Source of the DNA: Bacillales bacterium UBA5603
GTDB taxonomy: Bacteria > Bacillota_I > Bacilli_A > Izemoplasmatales > Hujiaoplasmataceae
Reading direction: 5' to 3'
Assembly (NCBI GenBank): GCA_002424815.1
Contig: DILB01000005.1
Span: 9,748-73,747, forward strand
DNA length: 64,000 nucleotides
Position 1 is the stretch's first letter. Every line of letters starts with the position of its first letter. The translations under genes were made by a program, and so were the position numbers. The notes below the pieces were generated by a model. It saw only the letters and a list, made by a program, of their open reading frames with translations, searched no databases and was not told the origin of the DNA. Of this stretch, positions 17,632 to 27,101 are shown in pieces.

Positions 17632-19350
17632 TTATCGGACAAAGGCTTTGATGACCATAATCATTTCACCTTCAAAGGCACTACGGATGCTATAGTTCTT
17701 AACGCCATCCGGAATAATAAATGTCTCAGCATAATGAACGGTAAAAGGTTCGAATTTTCCTTCTGGCGATTCAATAATAGCCGCTTTTCCTTCGACTAAA
17801 TTCAAGACATTTACTGAACCGTTTGTCTGGGTGGTGAGTTTAGTTGTTGTAGATAAACGTCTTGTTTCAATAAACTCTCGTTCGTGAAGTCCGGTTCTAA
17901 TTTCATTTTCACGGATGGTTTCAAAGCGATTAATTAAATTTTTCTTAACCCACTCTGTATCTCGGTCATATTGAATGACTTTTTTTCCGTGTTGAATGTG
18001 GACCGGTCGTGGTAAGCCATCTAGTCCTAATCGTCCCCAATCCCAAAGTTTGAAGGTGAAGATATAAGGGGTTGCGCTAATCTCTAAAACCATCGTGTTC
18101 TTGCCACTACAATGAATCGTTCCCGCAGGAATCAAAAGATGGTCATGTTTTTTAACTGGGAACGAATTAATAAAAGCTTGATCATCAAATAAAGCTTCTC
18201 CTTGGTTCGCTTTTTCGAGACTATCAATTAAATGATGGGGGTCAATGCCAGGTTTGACGCCAAGATAGACAACACTATCATCTGATGCATCTAAAATATA
18301 ATAGGATTCATCTTGAGTATAATTCATACCAAATGTATTTTGAATATATTCCGTCAATGGGTGGACTTGGAGCGATAAGTTTCCGCCTTCCATAGTATCA
18401 AGAAAATCGAATCGTATGGGAAATTCTTTTCCAAACCGACCATAGACACGTTCACCTAATAATTCAACAGGACGGAAAAAAACTAAATTGATAGCTGGGA
18501 AAACAAAGGTTTTATGACCGAAAGAAAAGGCTAATGCGTTTTCTTCGGGAACACCATCAAAACTCCAAGCATAATTTGAACCATTTTCAGGTAAATCACA
18601 AACTTCCTTCATCCATTGACCGCCCCAAACACCCGGATCAAAATAAGGAATTAATCGGAAAGGTGAGCTTGTCAATAAATCAAGACCTGTGATAAATGCA
18701 TCGAGAGGAATCATCGTTATTTGATCAGGGCGTTCGGAAGAGACAAGGTAATCACTTTTCAGATAATGGGCTTGTTTGATTTTATCAGCCACACGCCATT
18801 CTAAAAAATAACCGCGTTTAAATTTTCGCAAAGTATCTTCGCGAGGGTTATCAGCCGTAAAATTAGGCATTCCTTGACGGAATCGCAATTGAATTTCCCA
18901 TCGGGTGATATCAAAATAAATGAGATGATCATAAGAAATCATCGTTGATCCGAAACCATAGACGATTTTTAGACCTGGAGCAGATTCGAGTTGCTTTCGG
19001 ATATCGGCGATTTTATCAAGATTGTAAAAATCTTCAATGGAAGCATATCCCATTTTTCCAAAAACACGATCATCGGTTAATTGATGATCAAATGCATAGG
19101 CAAGGTCTTTATAAGATTTTTTTGCGGATTCAATATTTAAAGTCAAAGAAGTAGGTATATGTCTAATAATGTTTTCATAGATAAATTTGACATCTGTTCC
19201 AGGATAGAGTTCAATGGCTAATATTCCGTTATGATATTTTGACAATCTTTCAACGATTTCTGAGATACCACTCAATATGAGTGATTCATCAAAAGAAATC
19301 TGTTTTTTTGGAAACTTATCATAGGCATTTTTAAAGGATAGATATTTCAT
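17632..19350 (-). CDS. Long (about 572 aa) phosphomannose-isomerase-like cupin protein with ~250-aa N-terminal and ~120-aa C-terminal extensions
   Basis: Central 'LSLQVHPLTEY...DESYYILD' and 'HLLIPAGTIH' match type I PMI zinc/active-site blocks. Start set at ATG 19350 with RBS AAGGCGG. The ORF-track N-terminus at 19422 is translation of the tandem repeats. Confidence 0.55.
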   Translation of the reverse strand: MKYLSFKNAYDKFPKKQISFDESLILSGISEIVERLSKYHNGILAIELYPGTDVKFIYENIIRHIPTSLTLNIESAKKSYKDLAYAFDHQLTDDRVFGKMGYASIEDFYNLDKIADIRKQLESAPGLKIVYGFGSTMISYDHLIYFDITRWEIQLRFRQGMPNFTADNPREDTLRKFKRGYFLEWRVADKIKQAHYLKSDYLVSSERPDQITMIPLDAFITGLDLLTSSPFRLIPYFDPGVWGGQWMKEVCDLPENGSNYAWSFDGVPEENALAFSFGHKTFVFPAINLVFFRPVELLGERVYGRFGKEFPIRFDFLDTMEGGNLSLQVHPLTEYIQNTFGMNYTQDESYYILDASDDSVVYLGVKPGIDPHHLIDSLEKANQGEALFDDQAFINSFPVKKHDHLLIPAGTIHCSGKNTMVLEISATPYIFTFKLWDWGRLGLDGLPRPVHIQHGKKVIQYDRDTEWVKKNLINRFETIRENEIRTGLHEREFIETRRLSTTTKLTTQTNGSVNVLNLVEGKAAIIESPEGKFEPFTVHYAETFIIPDGVKNYSIRSAFEGEMIMVIKAFVR

Positions 19351-19372
19351 AACATGACCGCCTTTCAAATTC

Positions 19373-19430
19373 ATTATACCATTAAAAACTGCTTTTTCAA
19401 TACATTTGCAATACATTTGCAATACATTTA
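19373..19430 (-). promoter_or_regulatory. Promoter with extended -10 (TGGTATAAT) and three perfect tandem copies of the 11-bp repeat CAATACATTTG (19398-19430) overlapping the -35 region
   Basis: Read directly: caatacatttg x2 plus caatacattta. 16-nt gap to TGGTATAAT. Candidate operator for the adjacent GntR/HutC regulator. Confidence 0.55.
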
Positions 19431-19484
19431 AAATTAAAATCCCATTAATCTTTGGACTAAAGGGATAAGTAAAATTTATTAATT

Positions 19485-20429
19485 TTAACGGTCACCAACA
19501 TATGATACAAGCAATTCAACCATACCTTCAATTTTGATTGATTTCGCAAGTGAAGGAATAATAAAACTATCATACATTTTAATTTTCGAACCATTGATCA
19601 TTGCATTTCCAGATAACACTGTACAGAGGTAATAACGGTTTTTAGCATTGATTTTAAAGTAACCTTTATCAATATTCCATTTTTCAACCGTAAAATATTT
19701 TGTCTCTAACATACGGTAGATGCCTCGGTCATCATCATAATGTTGAATGACAACACGGTTTGCGGGAATGACTGCAGTATCAATGCTTTTTTGAACTTGT
19801 AATGCACGTTTTTCACCGGTGGATGGATCCATTCGATCATAATCATAAAAACGATAAGTGACATCACTGGATTGTTGCGTTTCAAGAATGATAACGCCTG
19901 CTCCGATTGCATGGATGGTTCCTGCTGGAATATAGACAAAATCACCTTTGCGAATCGGACGAATATCAAGGAGTTCATTCCAACGGTTTTCTTCAACCAT
20001 TTTTTTAAGTTCTGTTTTCGTTTGGGCGTGATGACCCAATACGAGGGTACTGTCTTGATTTGCAGCTAAAACATACCAACATTCTTCCTTGCCTAGATCA
20101 TCTTCAAAGGCTTTAGCATAGGCGTCGCTTGGATGGACTTGAACTGACAATTGATCCGCTGCATCGAGAATTTTGGTCAGTAATGGAAAGCGTGATTCTG
20201 TGATGTCCCCGAATAATTCAGGGTGCGAATGATATAAAGCATCTAAAGACATGCCATCAAACAAACCACCCATGATTTTAGAAGACCCATGATGATGAGC
20301 TGAAATAATCCATGCTTCGCCAATTTTTCCGGATGGGACGCCTTCTTTAAACATATTTTTAATTGTTGATCCACCCCAAATCCGTTCTTTGAAAACTGGG
20401 GAAAGGAAAATGATATCCGATTCTTTCAT
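19485..20429 (-). CDS. manA: Mannose-6-phosphate isomerase, class I
   Basis: 'SVQVHPSD', 'ECWYVL' and 'YIPAGTIHAIG' PMI signatures. Start at the internal ATG (20429, MKESDIIFL) with RBS GGAGTG. About 314 aa. Confidence 0.85.
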   Translation of the reverse strand: MKESDIIFLSPVFKERIWGGSTIKNMFKEGVPSGKIGEAWIISAHHHGSSKIMGGLFDGMSLDALYHSHPELFGDITESRFPLLTKILDAADQLSVQVHPSDAYAKAFEDDLGKEECWYVLAANQDSTLVLGHHAQTKTELKKMVEENRWNELLDIRPIRKGDFVYIPAGTIHAIGAGVIILETQQSSDVTYRFYDYDRMDPSTGEKRALQVQKSIDTAVIPANRVVIQHYDDDRGIYRMLETKYFTVEKWNIDKGYFKINAKNRYYLCTVLSGNAMINGSKIKMYDSFIIPSLAKSIKIEGMVELLVSYVGDR

Positions 20430-20624
20430 GGTTTCACACTCCATTTCAAATATTATTATACCTTGTTTCAAGGGTTTTAGCCAAGAAAATCATGCGGATA
20501 GTGGAAATGTCTCAAGTGAGTTAACAACATAAATCCCAATTTTATGAAAGCACCACCCTTGCTTTTTCGTATTTTTACTACCGCCTCTCTTCGGCTGTGA
20601 TATAATGACTTTAGGTGATATCTT

Positions 20625-21356
20625 GTGAATCCATTATCGGTGATATTGAATCAATTACCAGAAAAGACAGTTCAATTATGGCAAGAGTCTGAAAAAAAGA
20701 CCTTGCTTTCCATCGTAATGATTCCGAAAGAAGACCTTCAGGAAATTTATGGATTATGTGAAGATGACATCGATTTTTTATCTCAATCTTTCATTAATCT
20801 TGGTTATAATCCTGATTTTGATCCAATTAAGACACCTCCCAACCCAACTCAACGCCTTCATTTTCGTTCTTTTTTGATGGAAGATGCGGCTGTTTTATAT
20901 GAGTTTCGCAGAAATCCATTGAATTTTCCCAACGTCGATATGGCCGTGTGGCAAGATCTACAAGAAGCCTATGATTATCTTGAAAAAATGCAGATAGGCA
21001 TGAAAAAAAGAAAATGGTTCATCTATGGAATCGTTTTGACAAAAACCAATCAAACAATTGGGTTCATTAATTTTTGGAATATTGATTGGAATAATGCCAC
21101 AGCTGAAATCGGTTATGTATTATTCCCTGAATTTCGTCATCAGGGTTATATGACGGAAGCGGTGAATTCCATGATTCATTTTGGGTTTTCTTGTTTGCAT
21201 CTAGATAAAATTTTGGGTGTAACACAAAAAAACAATCTAGCATCGAGACAGGTTTTATTAAGAAGCGGATTTCAATATTTTACATCAATCGAAGATATCC
21301 ACTCGATGACGCATCAAATGATACCGATGGATGTTTATCAATATATAAAAAAATAA
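20625..21356 (+). CDS. GNAT-family N-acetyltransferase (RimJ/RimL-like) with ~80-aa N-terminal extension
   Basis: 'IGYVLFPEFRHQGYMTEAV' acetyl-CoA-binding motif A region. GTG start 7 nt after AGGTGA. Extended -10 TGTGATATAAT at 20597-20606. Confidence 0.65.
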   Translation: MNPLSVILNQLPEKTVQLWQESEKKTLLSIVMIPKEDLQEIYGLCEDDIDFLSQSFINLGYNPDFDPIKTPPNPTQRLHFRSFLMEDAAVLYEFRRNPLNFPNVDMAVWQDLQEAYDYLEKMQIGMKKRKWFIYGIVLTKTNQTIGFINFWNIDWNNATAEIGYVLFPEFRHQGYMTEAVNSMIHFGFSCLHLDKILGVTQKNNLASRQVLLRSGFQYFTSIEDIHSMTHQMIPMDVYQYIKK

Positions 21357-21380
21357 AAAAAAATAGAAAAGAGGAATAAC

Positions 21381-22883
21381 ATGGAAAATGCATTAAAAAT
21401 TTATCAAGACACCACAAAAAAACTAAAAGCGTTTCATTTGGCGATGTTTTTGCATGGTTGGGATAGCTCAACTGAAGCACCCAGTGGGTGTATGGGATTT
21501 CGCTCTTTACAACTCGGAACGCTCTCAGAAATGTTTTATCGTACGAATACCAACCCAGATTATGAAGCAGCCATTGAGACCCTTTATCAAAGCCGAGAAC
21601 AACTCGAGCTTGTCATGCAACATGAAATCGTTGAAGTTAGAAAAAATCTCATCAAGACCAAAAAAATACCACTCGCTGATTATGTAGCTTATTCAGAACT
21701 GATGGCAAAAGTTTACCCCATTTACGTTGAAGCGAAGCAAACCAATAATTATGAACTTTATAAACCTTACCTTCGACAAATCATTGATTATCGAATTAAA
21801 TATTTGGAATTACAAAAAACTGAAACGATGAAAGGATACAATATATTTCTCGATGAATTTGAAAGTGGATTCAACATCGAAGATTATGATCATTTCTTCA
21901 ATACGTTAAAGGAACGATTAGTTCCGTTTGCCAAATCAGTGGCCAAACGCAAACTCATCTATCGCAAAGCATTTACTAAAAAGCAATTTTCTGTTGAAAA
22001 ACAAAAAGCATTCGCTAAATATTTACAAGAAGTTTTTTGTTTTGATGCCAAACGGACAGTTATCAAAGAAAGCGAACATCCTTTTACGACAAGCAATGGG
22101 ACAACAGACGTAAGAATAACGACACATTATCACCCGGATAATCTTGCGAGTGCTATTTTTAGTTGTATTCATGAAATGGGTCATGGGCTCTATGAATTAC
22201 AAGTCAATCCCGCTTTAGATTTTACTCAATCTGGCGGTGGAGCGAGTATGGCCATGCATGAAAGTCAATCGCGGTTAATGGAAAACATGATTGGAAGAAG
22301 TGAAGTGTTTTGGACCACACATTTTCATAAACTTCAAGAATTGTTTCCAAAAGAATTTAAAAATACGACAGTCCATGATTTTGTTAAATATGTCAATCAA
22401 GTCGAAAAAAGTTTTATACGTACTGAGGCCGATGAATTGACATATTCTTTGCATATCATGATTCGTTATGAAATCGAAAAATTAATCTTTAGCCATAAAG
22501 CAGATTTAGATAAGCTTCCGGATTTATGGAACAAACTTTATAAAAAATATTTGGGGATCACCGTCATTAATGATACGACGGGGATTTTACAAGATGTTCA
22601 TTGGTCACAAGGAATGTTCGGATATTTTCCAACTTATGCATTAGGTTCAGCTTACGCGGCTCAGATCTATCATGCAATGAATAAAGATTTGAACATCGAA
22701 AAAACCATTCAAAGTGGAACTTTAAAAGATATTGCTCAATGGTTATCGACCCATGTTCATCAATATGGAGCATCAAAAGATCCTAAAACGATTCTTAAAT
22801 TGGCGACAGGTGAAGATTTTAATCCGAATTATTACGTCGATTATCTCATCGAAAAATATTCGAAACTGTACGAAATTCAATAA
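21381..22883 (+). CDS. Carboxypeptidase Taq-type metallocarboxypeptidase (MEROPS M32)
   Basis: 'HPF', 'HEMGHGLY' (HExxH), 'DVRITT' and 'LQDVHWSQGMFGYFPTYALG' are all M32 signatures. RBS AAGAGGAA. Confidence 0.88.
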   Translation: MENALKIYQDTTKKLKAFHLAMFLHGWDSSTEAPSGCMGFRSLQLGTLSEMFYRTNTNPDYEAAIETLYQSREQLELVMQHEIVEVRKNLIKTKKIPLADYVAYSELMAKVYPIYVEAKQTNNYELYKPYLRQIIDYRIKYLELQKTETMKGYNIFLDEFESGFNIEDYDHFFNTLKERLVPFAKSVAKRKLIYRKAFTKKQFSVEKQKAFAKYLQEVFCFDAKRTVIKESEHPFTTSNGTTDVRITTHYHPDNLASAIFSCIHEMGHGLYELQVNPALDFTQSGGGASMAMHESQSRLMENMIGRSEVFWTTHFHKLQELFPKEFKNTTVHDFVKYVNQVEKSFIRTEADELTYSLHIMIRYEIEKLIFSHKADLDKLPDLWNKLYKKYLGITVINDTTGILQDVHWSQGMFGYFPTYALGSAYAAQIYHAMNKDLNIEKTIQSGTLKDIAQWLSTHVHQYGASKDPKTILKLATGEDFNPNYYVDYLIEKYSKLYEIQ

Positions 22884-22902
22884 AATATATAAAGTGGAAA
22901 CC

Positions 22903-22940
22903 TTCTTACCTTGGGTTTCCACTTTTCATGAAAGAGTTAT
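22903..22940 (+). terminator. Rho-independent terminator
   Basis: AGTGGAAACC-loop-GGGTTTCCACT followed by TTTT. Confidence 0.7.
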
Positions 22941-23041
22941 CGGAAAAGTTAAGCGAATTCGTTTCTTTTAAAATCAAACATTTGTTATAATGTACTTATA
23001 ATTTATTGAAGTCGTTTAAGCCGTAAATACTAGGAGTCACC

Positions 23042-24319
23042 ATGATTAAAGAATTGTTTTTATTTCTAAAAAAACGGATGCTTACACCCATCATTATTAT
23101 CATTCTTTTTGCGATGGCTTTTTTATTTGATTCCGTTCGTCACATGTGGTCAGGATATTTATTGATTTTGAAAAGTCCCAGTGTATTAATCAGTGATTAT
23201 TTATTTATTGGCGGACTTGGCGCAACATTGTTTAATGTCGCCACGATCATGTTAATGAATTTAATCTTATTAAAAGTGTTAAAACTTAAAATGACGGGTC
23301 TCATTTTTGCTGGATTATTTACCATTGCTGGCTTTTCATTTTTTGGGAAAAATATATTTAATACTTTTCCCATTTACCTCGGTATTTATTTTTATGCTTT
23401 GCTTCGGAAATTAGAAATTAAATCATTGATTATCGTGATTCTGTTCTCAACAGGGATATCACCCATCGTCAGTTTTTTAATTTTTGGAACCGGATGGCCG
23501 CTTTACATCGGTATTCCTGCAGGTGTAATTGTCGGTATTTTGAGTGGGTTTTTACTGCCCGCAATTTCTATGAATACCATGAAGTTTCATCAAGGATTCA
23601 ATCTTTATAATATTGGCTTTGCGATGGGAATTCTTTCGATGCTTTATGCAGCTTTACTAAGAAGTTTCGGTATAAATCTTGATTTGGGCGGTCCTAGCAG
23701 CACGCTCTATCATAATGAATTGATGACTTTGATTTTGTTATTGTCTCTTTCTTTTATCATTGGCGCTTTTCTAAGCGACAAAAAAGTGTACCGAAAATAT
23801 TTATCAATCATTAAATCTTCAGGGCGTTTAGTCTCAGATTTTATCAATGATTATGGTAAAGATGTGTCAATGCTCAATGTGGGCATCATGGGATTAATAT
23901 CCATGGCGATGATCATGCTTTTGGGATTTCAAGTTGGTGGAGCTTTGATGGGTGCCGTTTTGACCATCATGGGATTTGCGGCTTGTGGAAAACATCCTCG
24001 CAATGCTCTACCTGTGATGTTTGGCGCATATCTTGCGGTGATTGTTACAAAATTATCGTTTGATTCAGTCGGAATAGTCATTGCAGTTTTCTTTGTCACT
24101 GCGTTAGCCCCCATTGCTGGGAAATATGGCGTTTTGATAGGAATTTTAGCAGGGTTCTTACATATCGTTATTACCCCATTAAGCTATTATTTTCAAGGGG
24201 GATTTGATTTGTATAACAATGGATTTGCGGCTGGGTTTGTTGCCGCAATCATGGTTCCGGTTTTAGACTCCTTTTCTAAAGATAAAATAATCGATTCATT
24301 ACCGATTATTAAAAATTGA
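23042..24319 (+). CDS. Uncharacterised polytopic membrane protein (about 10-12 TM)
   Basis: Highly hydrophobic 425 aa. RBS AGGAG. No recognisable transporter signature by eye. Confidence 0.5.
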   Translation: MIKELFLFLKKRMLTPIIIIILFAMAFLFDSVRHMWSGYLLILKSPSVLISDYLFIGGLGATLFNVATIMLMNLILLKVLKLKMTGLIFAGLFTIAGFSFFGKNIFNTFPIYLGIYFYALLRKLEIKSLIIVILFSTGISPIVSFLIFGTGWPLYIGIPAGVIVGILSGFLLPAISMNTMKFHQGFNLYNIGFAMGILSMLYAALLRSFGINLDLGGPSSTLYHNELMTLILLLSLSFIIGAFLSDKKVYRKYLSIIKSSGRLVSDFINDYGKDVSMLNVGIMGLISMAMIMLLGFQVGGALMGAVLTIMGFAACGKHPRNALPVMFGAYLAVIVTKLSFDSVGIVIAVFFVTALAPIAGKYGVLIGILAGFLHIVITPLSYYFQGGFDLYNNGFAAGFVAAIMVPVLDSFSKDKIIDSLPIIKN

Positions 24320-24327
24320 GGATCTTT

Positions 24328-25023
24328 ATGAAAAAAGCAGATTTTATCTGGATAAGTATCATAGTTATTATTTCTTCGTTGTTTGTAATCCCTGATACAA
24401 GATTATTTCTGTTGCTTTGGACGGATCGATATCCTTATTTGATGGGGTTTATTAAAACCGCTTTATTAGCCTCAATGGGTGAAATCATGGCAATTCGAAT
24501 CCAAATAGGAAACTATCAAATTGATCGAACAACATGGATGAAGTTCTTTGTTTGGGGAATGTTAGGTTTATTGTTTGTTATGACTTTTCAATTGTTTTCA
24601 TCTGGGGTTGCTTCGCTCCAAGATACGGGTTTACTACCTTCAATCGAAGGCGGTTTTAATTCAATACTACTAAAAGCATTTTTAACCAGCTTGTTAATGA
24701 ATGTTTTATTTGCGCCAACCTTTATGATTCTTCATCGTCTGACGGATCAATATATTACGCTTGGAAAAGGACGCTTGCGTCAAATTAAGAAAGTCCGTTT
24801 ATTGACCGTATTAGAACAAATCGATTGGCATTTTTTCTTTCGTTTTGTCCTTTTTAAAACGATTCCTTTGTTTTGGATTCCCGCGCATACGGTGACATTC
24901 TTGTTACCAGAAAATTATCGGGTGTTGATGGCCGCGTATCTTTCCATTGCCCTTGGAATCATATTGTCATTTTCAAAGAAAAAAAGTCGTCTTAAAAATA
25001 ATGAAGAATCTAATCATGAGTAA
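24328..25023 (+). CDS. Uncharacterised membrane protein (about 6 TM), co-transcribed with the upstream membrane protein
   Basis: Start at ATG 24328 with RBS GAGGA; the ORF-track start is an upstream TTG. A hairpin plus T7 follows at about 25062-25102. Confidence 0.5.
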   Translation: MKKADFIWISIIVIISSLFVIPDTRLFLLLWTDRYPYLMGFIKTALLASMGEIMAIRIQIGNYQIDRTTWMKFFVWGMLGLLFVMTFQLFSSGVASLQDTGLLPSIEGGFNSILLKAFLTSLLMNVLFAPTFMILHRLTDQYITLGKGRLRQIKKVRLLTVLEQIDWHFFFRFVLFKTIPLFWIPAHTVTFLLPENYRVLMAAYLSIALGIILSFSKKKSRLKNNEESNHE

Positions 25024-25061
25024 AAAAATGTAAGAAAAGATGCTAAACGCATTTAATATTT

Positions 25062-25102
25062 CCCTTTCAAGATGTTAAAAATCATCTTCAAGGGGTTTTT
25101 TT
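25062..25102 (+). terminator. Rho-independent terminator (imperfect hairpin plus T7)
   Basis: CCCTTTCAAGATG...CATCTTCAAGGGG followed by TTTTTTT. Confidence 0.5.
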
Positions 25103-25184
25103 ATGGATAAATTGGATATCCGCTTGAAGTTACCTTTAAGAATGTTCTATAATAGACTCGAAGAATGGAAGGAGAGGATCGTTG

Positions 25185-26207
25185 ATGAAGCAAAAGTCAT
25201 TTTGTCGGCGCTATTTGATAGCGATATTGATGATTTTTCTCGGCTTTGCATTTCATGCATGTGGAGATAAAGTCAAACGTGGTTATATTACTGTTATCGC
25301 CGATGAAGACGGCTATCATTATGATTATTACATTCCTTCAAGTTATACTGCACAAAAAGCGTATCCGATGTTTGTCGTTCTTCATGGCGGAACTCAAACC
25401 GCAGAAGAAATGGCAACGATGACACAAATGAATCAATTGGCAGAAACGTATCAATTTATCGTTTTATATCCGGAACAATCGACACTTTCGAATGCTTATC
25501 GTTATTGGAATTGGTTTTTGCCTACGAACCAAACGCGTGAAAATGGAGAGCCCCTTATTATATCAGATATGATGAATACGTTAATGAGCAAGTATCGAGT
25601 TGATAAAACCAAGATATATGCGGTTGGTTTTTCAGCTGGTGCTTGTATGGCGTTGCATATGGCCATTCTTTATCCTGATATCATCTCTGGTGTGGCCATG
25701 GCTTCGGGGTTAGGTTATGGCGTTGCGATGGATGGGCAGCAAGCTTATATCGCGATGAATGGAACATTTCCATCGGTAAAAACTACCGCAGAATTGGCTT
25801 ATGAAAATATGCCAGTTGAATTTAGGCGTCCTATCAAAATTTTGGTCGTTCATGGCGATGAAGATACGCGAGTCAATCTTAAAAATGCGGATTATATTAT
25901 TTCACAGATCAGTTATTTAAACGACTTGATTGACGATGGCATTGCCAATGATAGTTTTTTAGGAAAGACAGTCGATGTTGAAAATCGAATCAGTGAAGGA
26001 CAGATTCCATTTTCAATCTTACGAAAGCTGAATCAAGACGATCAACTGATGTTGCTTAAAATTATTGTCAGTGGAATGCCTCATCGGTGGTCGGGTGGGG
26101 ATGTTTCCAACGCCTACAGTTTTCCCGACTCAATCGATATATCTACGCTGATTATCCGTTTTATGTTTGGCGAAGATTTGTTCGATTCAGCGGAAGAAAC
26201 TGATTGA
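25185..26207 (+). CDS. Secreted alpha/beta-hydrolase esterase, PHB-depolymerase/LpqC-like family lipoprotein
   Basis: Signal peptide plus 'FHACGD' lipobox. 'VVLHGG' and 'GFSAGACMA' (GxSxG nucleophile elbow). ATG 25185 with RBS GGAGAGGA. Confidence 0.7.
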   Translation: MKQKSFCRRYLIAILMIFLGFAFHACGDKVKRGYITVIADEDGYHYDYYIPSSYTAQKAYPMFVVLHGGTQTAEEMATMTQMNQLAETYQFIVLYPEQSTLSNAYRYWNWFLPTNQTRENGEPLIISDMMNTLMSKYRVDKTKIYAVGFSAGACMALHMAILYPDIISGVAMASGLGYGVAMDGQQAYIAMNGTFPSVKTTAELAYENMPVEFRRPIKILVVHGDEDTRVNLKNADYIISQISYLNDLIDDGIANDSFLGKTVDVENRISEGQIPFSILRKLNQDDQLMLLKIIVSGMPHRWSGGDVSNAYSFPDSIDISTLIIRFMFGEDLFDSAEETD

Positions 26208-26233
26208 AAGCGTGTTATAAATATGGCTAAATA

Positions 26234-26265
26234 AAGAGAGATTCTGCTGGGAATCTCTCTTTTTA
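26234..26265. terminator. Bidirectional terminator between convergent genes
   Basis: AAGAGAGATTC-TGCTGG-GAATCTCTCTT flanked by A/T runs. Confidence 0.7.
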
Positions 26266-26979
26266 ATGGATAGAATGCAGGGTTTCGATATACTTGATAA
26301 AATCATTGAAAGTACCATTTCGAAAAGTTTTGATATCATGATGATGGGTGTTAATTAAACAATCGGTTATTAGATAGGTATCGATTCCCAGTTTAGCTGC
26401 GGCCATATCTTCTTTTGCATCGTTGCCAACCATCAAACACTCTGAAGCTTGGAGATTTAAGGCGTTTAGGATATTTTGATAGTAATGAAGTGAGGGCTTA
26501 GTTGCGGTACTATTATCATAAGTAGTAATCAGAATGAAGTCGTCTTTTTGTAAGCCCGCCCATTGAATTCTTTTCTCTGTCGCAATCGGCGGAAAAAGTG
26601 GATTGGTTGCTAAAACGAGTTGATATCCTTTCTGTTTGAGAATATCAATGGCTTGACGTGCGAGCGGTTGGATTTGAGAAGAAGCTTGAACCAAATCAAA
26701 TTTTTCTTCATAAAAAGCTTGAAACTGTTTTTTTATCAAAGGGTCATCTAAATTCATGCTCGTCTTAAACGATTCCCAAAATACCGTTTCATTCGTCGAA
26801 GGGCCTTGGTTCATACGCATCTTTTCAGTTCCATTGAGGACCGCATCAATCAGTTTAAGGTGATTGTATCCTAAGGATGCAAAATATCGACCCATTTCAC
26901 CAAAATATAATCGCAAAAATGGTTGTTCATCGATGGGTAATAATGTTCCATCTAAATCAAATAAAATCGTTTTAATCAT
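26263..26979 (-). CDS. HAD-superfamily hydrolase (subfamily IA)
   Basis: 'ILFDLDGTLL' motif I and a 'GNDAKED'-type motif IV region. Start at the second ATG (26979) after RBS GGAGGA. Confidence 0.75.
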   Translation of the reverse strand: MIKTILFDLDGTLLPIDEQPFLRLYFGEMGRYFASLGYNHLKLIDAVLNGTEKMRMNQGPSTNETVFWESFKTSMNLDDPLIKKQFQAFYEEKFDLVQASSQIQPLARQAIDILKQKGYQLVLATNPLFPPIATEKRIQWAGLQKDDFILITTYDNSTATKPSLHYYQNILNALNLQASECLMVGNDAKEDMAAAKLGIDTYLITDCLINTHHHDIKTFRNGTFNDFIKYIETLHSIH

Positions 26980-27101
26980 CGCGTCCTCCATGGAAATTAT
27001 GCGTCATTATATCAAGTTATTTTAGATTTGTCAATTTTAATGGGTCCATTGAAATTGCTTAATATCTTATGCTACAATGATAATGGATTAAGGGAGGCAC
27101 C

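Noticed and set aside
19351-19422. N-terminal 24 residues (MQMYCKCIEKAVFNG...) of the ORF-track 596-aa protein
   Set aside because: They are a translation of the three tandem 11-bp repeats and promoter elements. The RBS and -10 lie inside this stretch, so the real start is the downstream ATG at 19350.
19431-19484. Terminator between manA and the PMI-like gene
   Set aside because: There are only weak AT-rich palindromes (AAAATTAATAAATTTT; ATCCC...GGGAT). No convincing GC-stem plus T-run, so read-through from the manA promoter is plausible.
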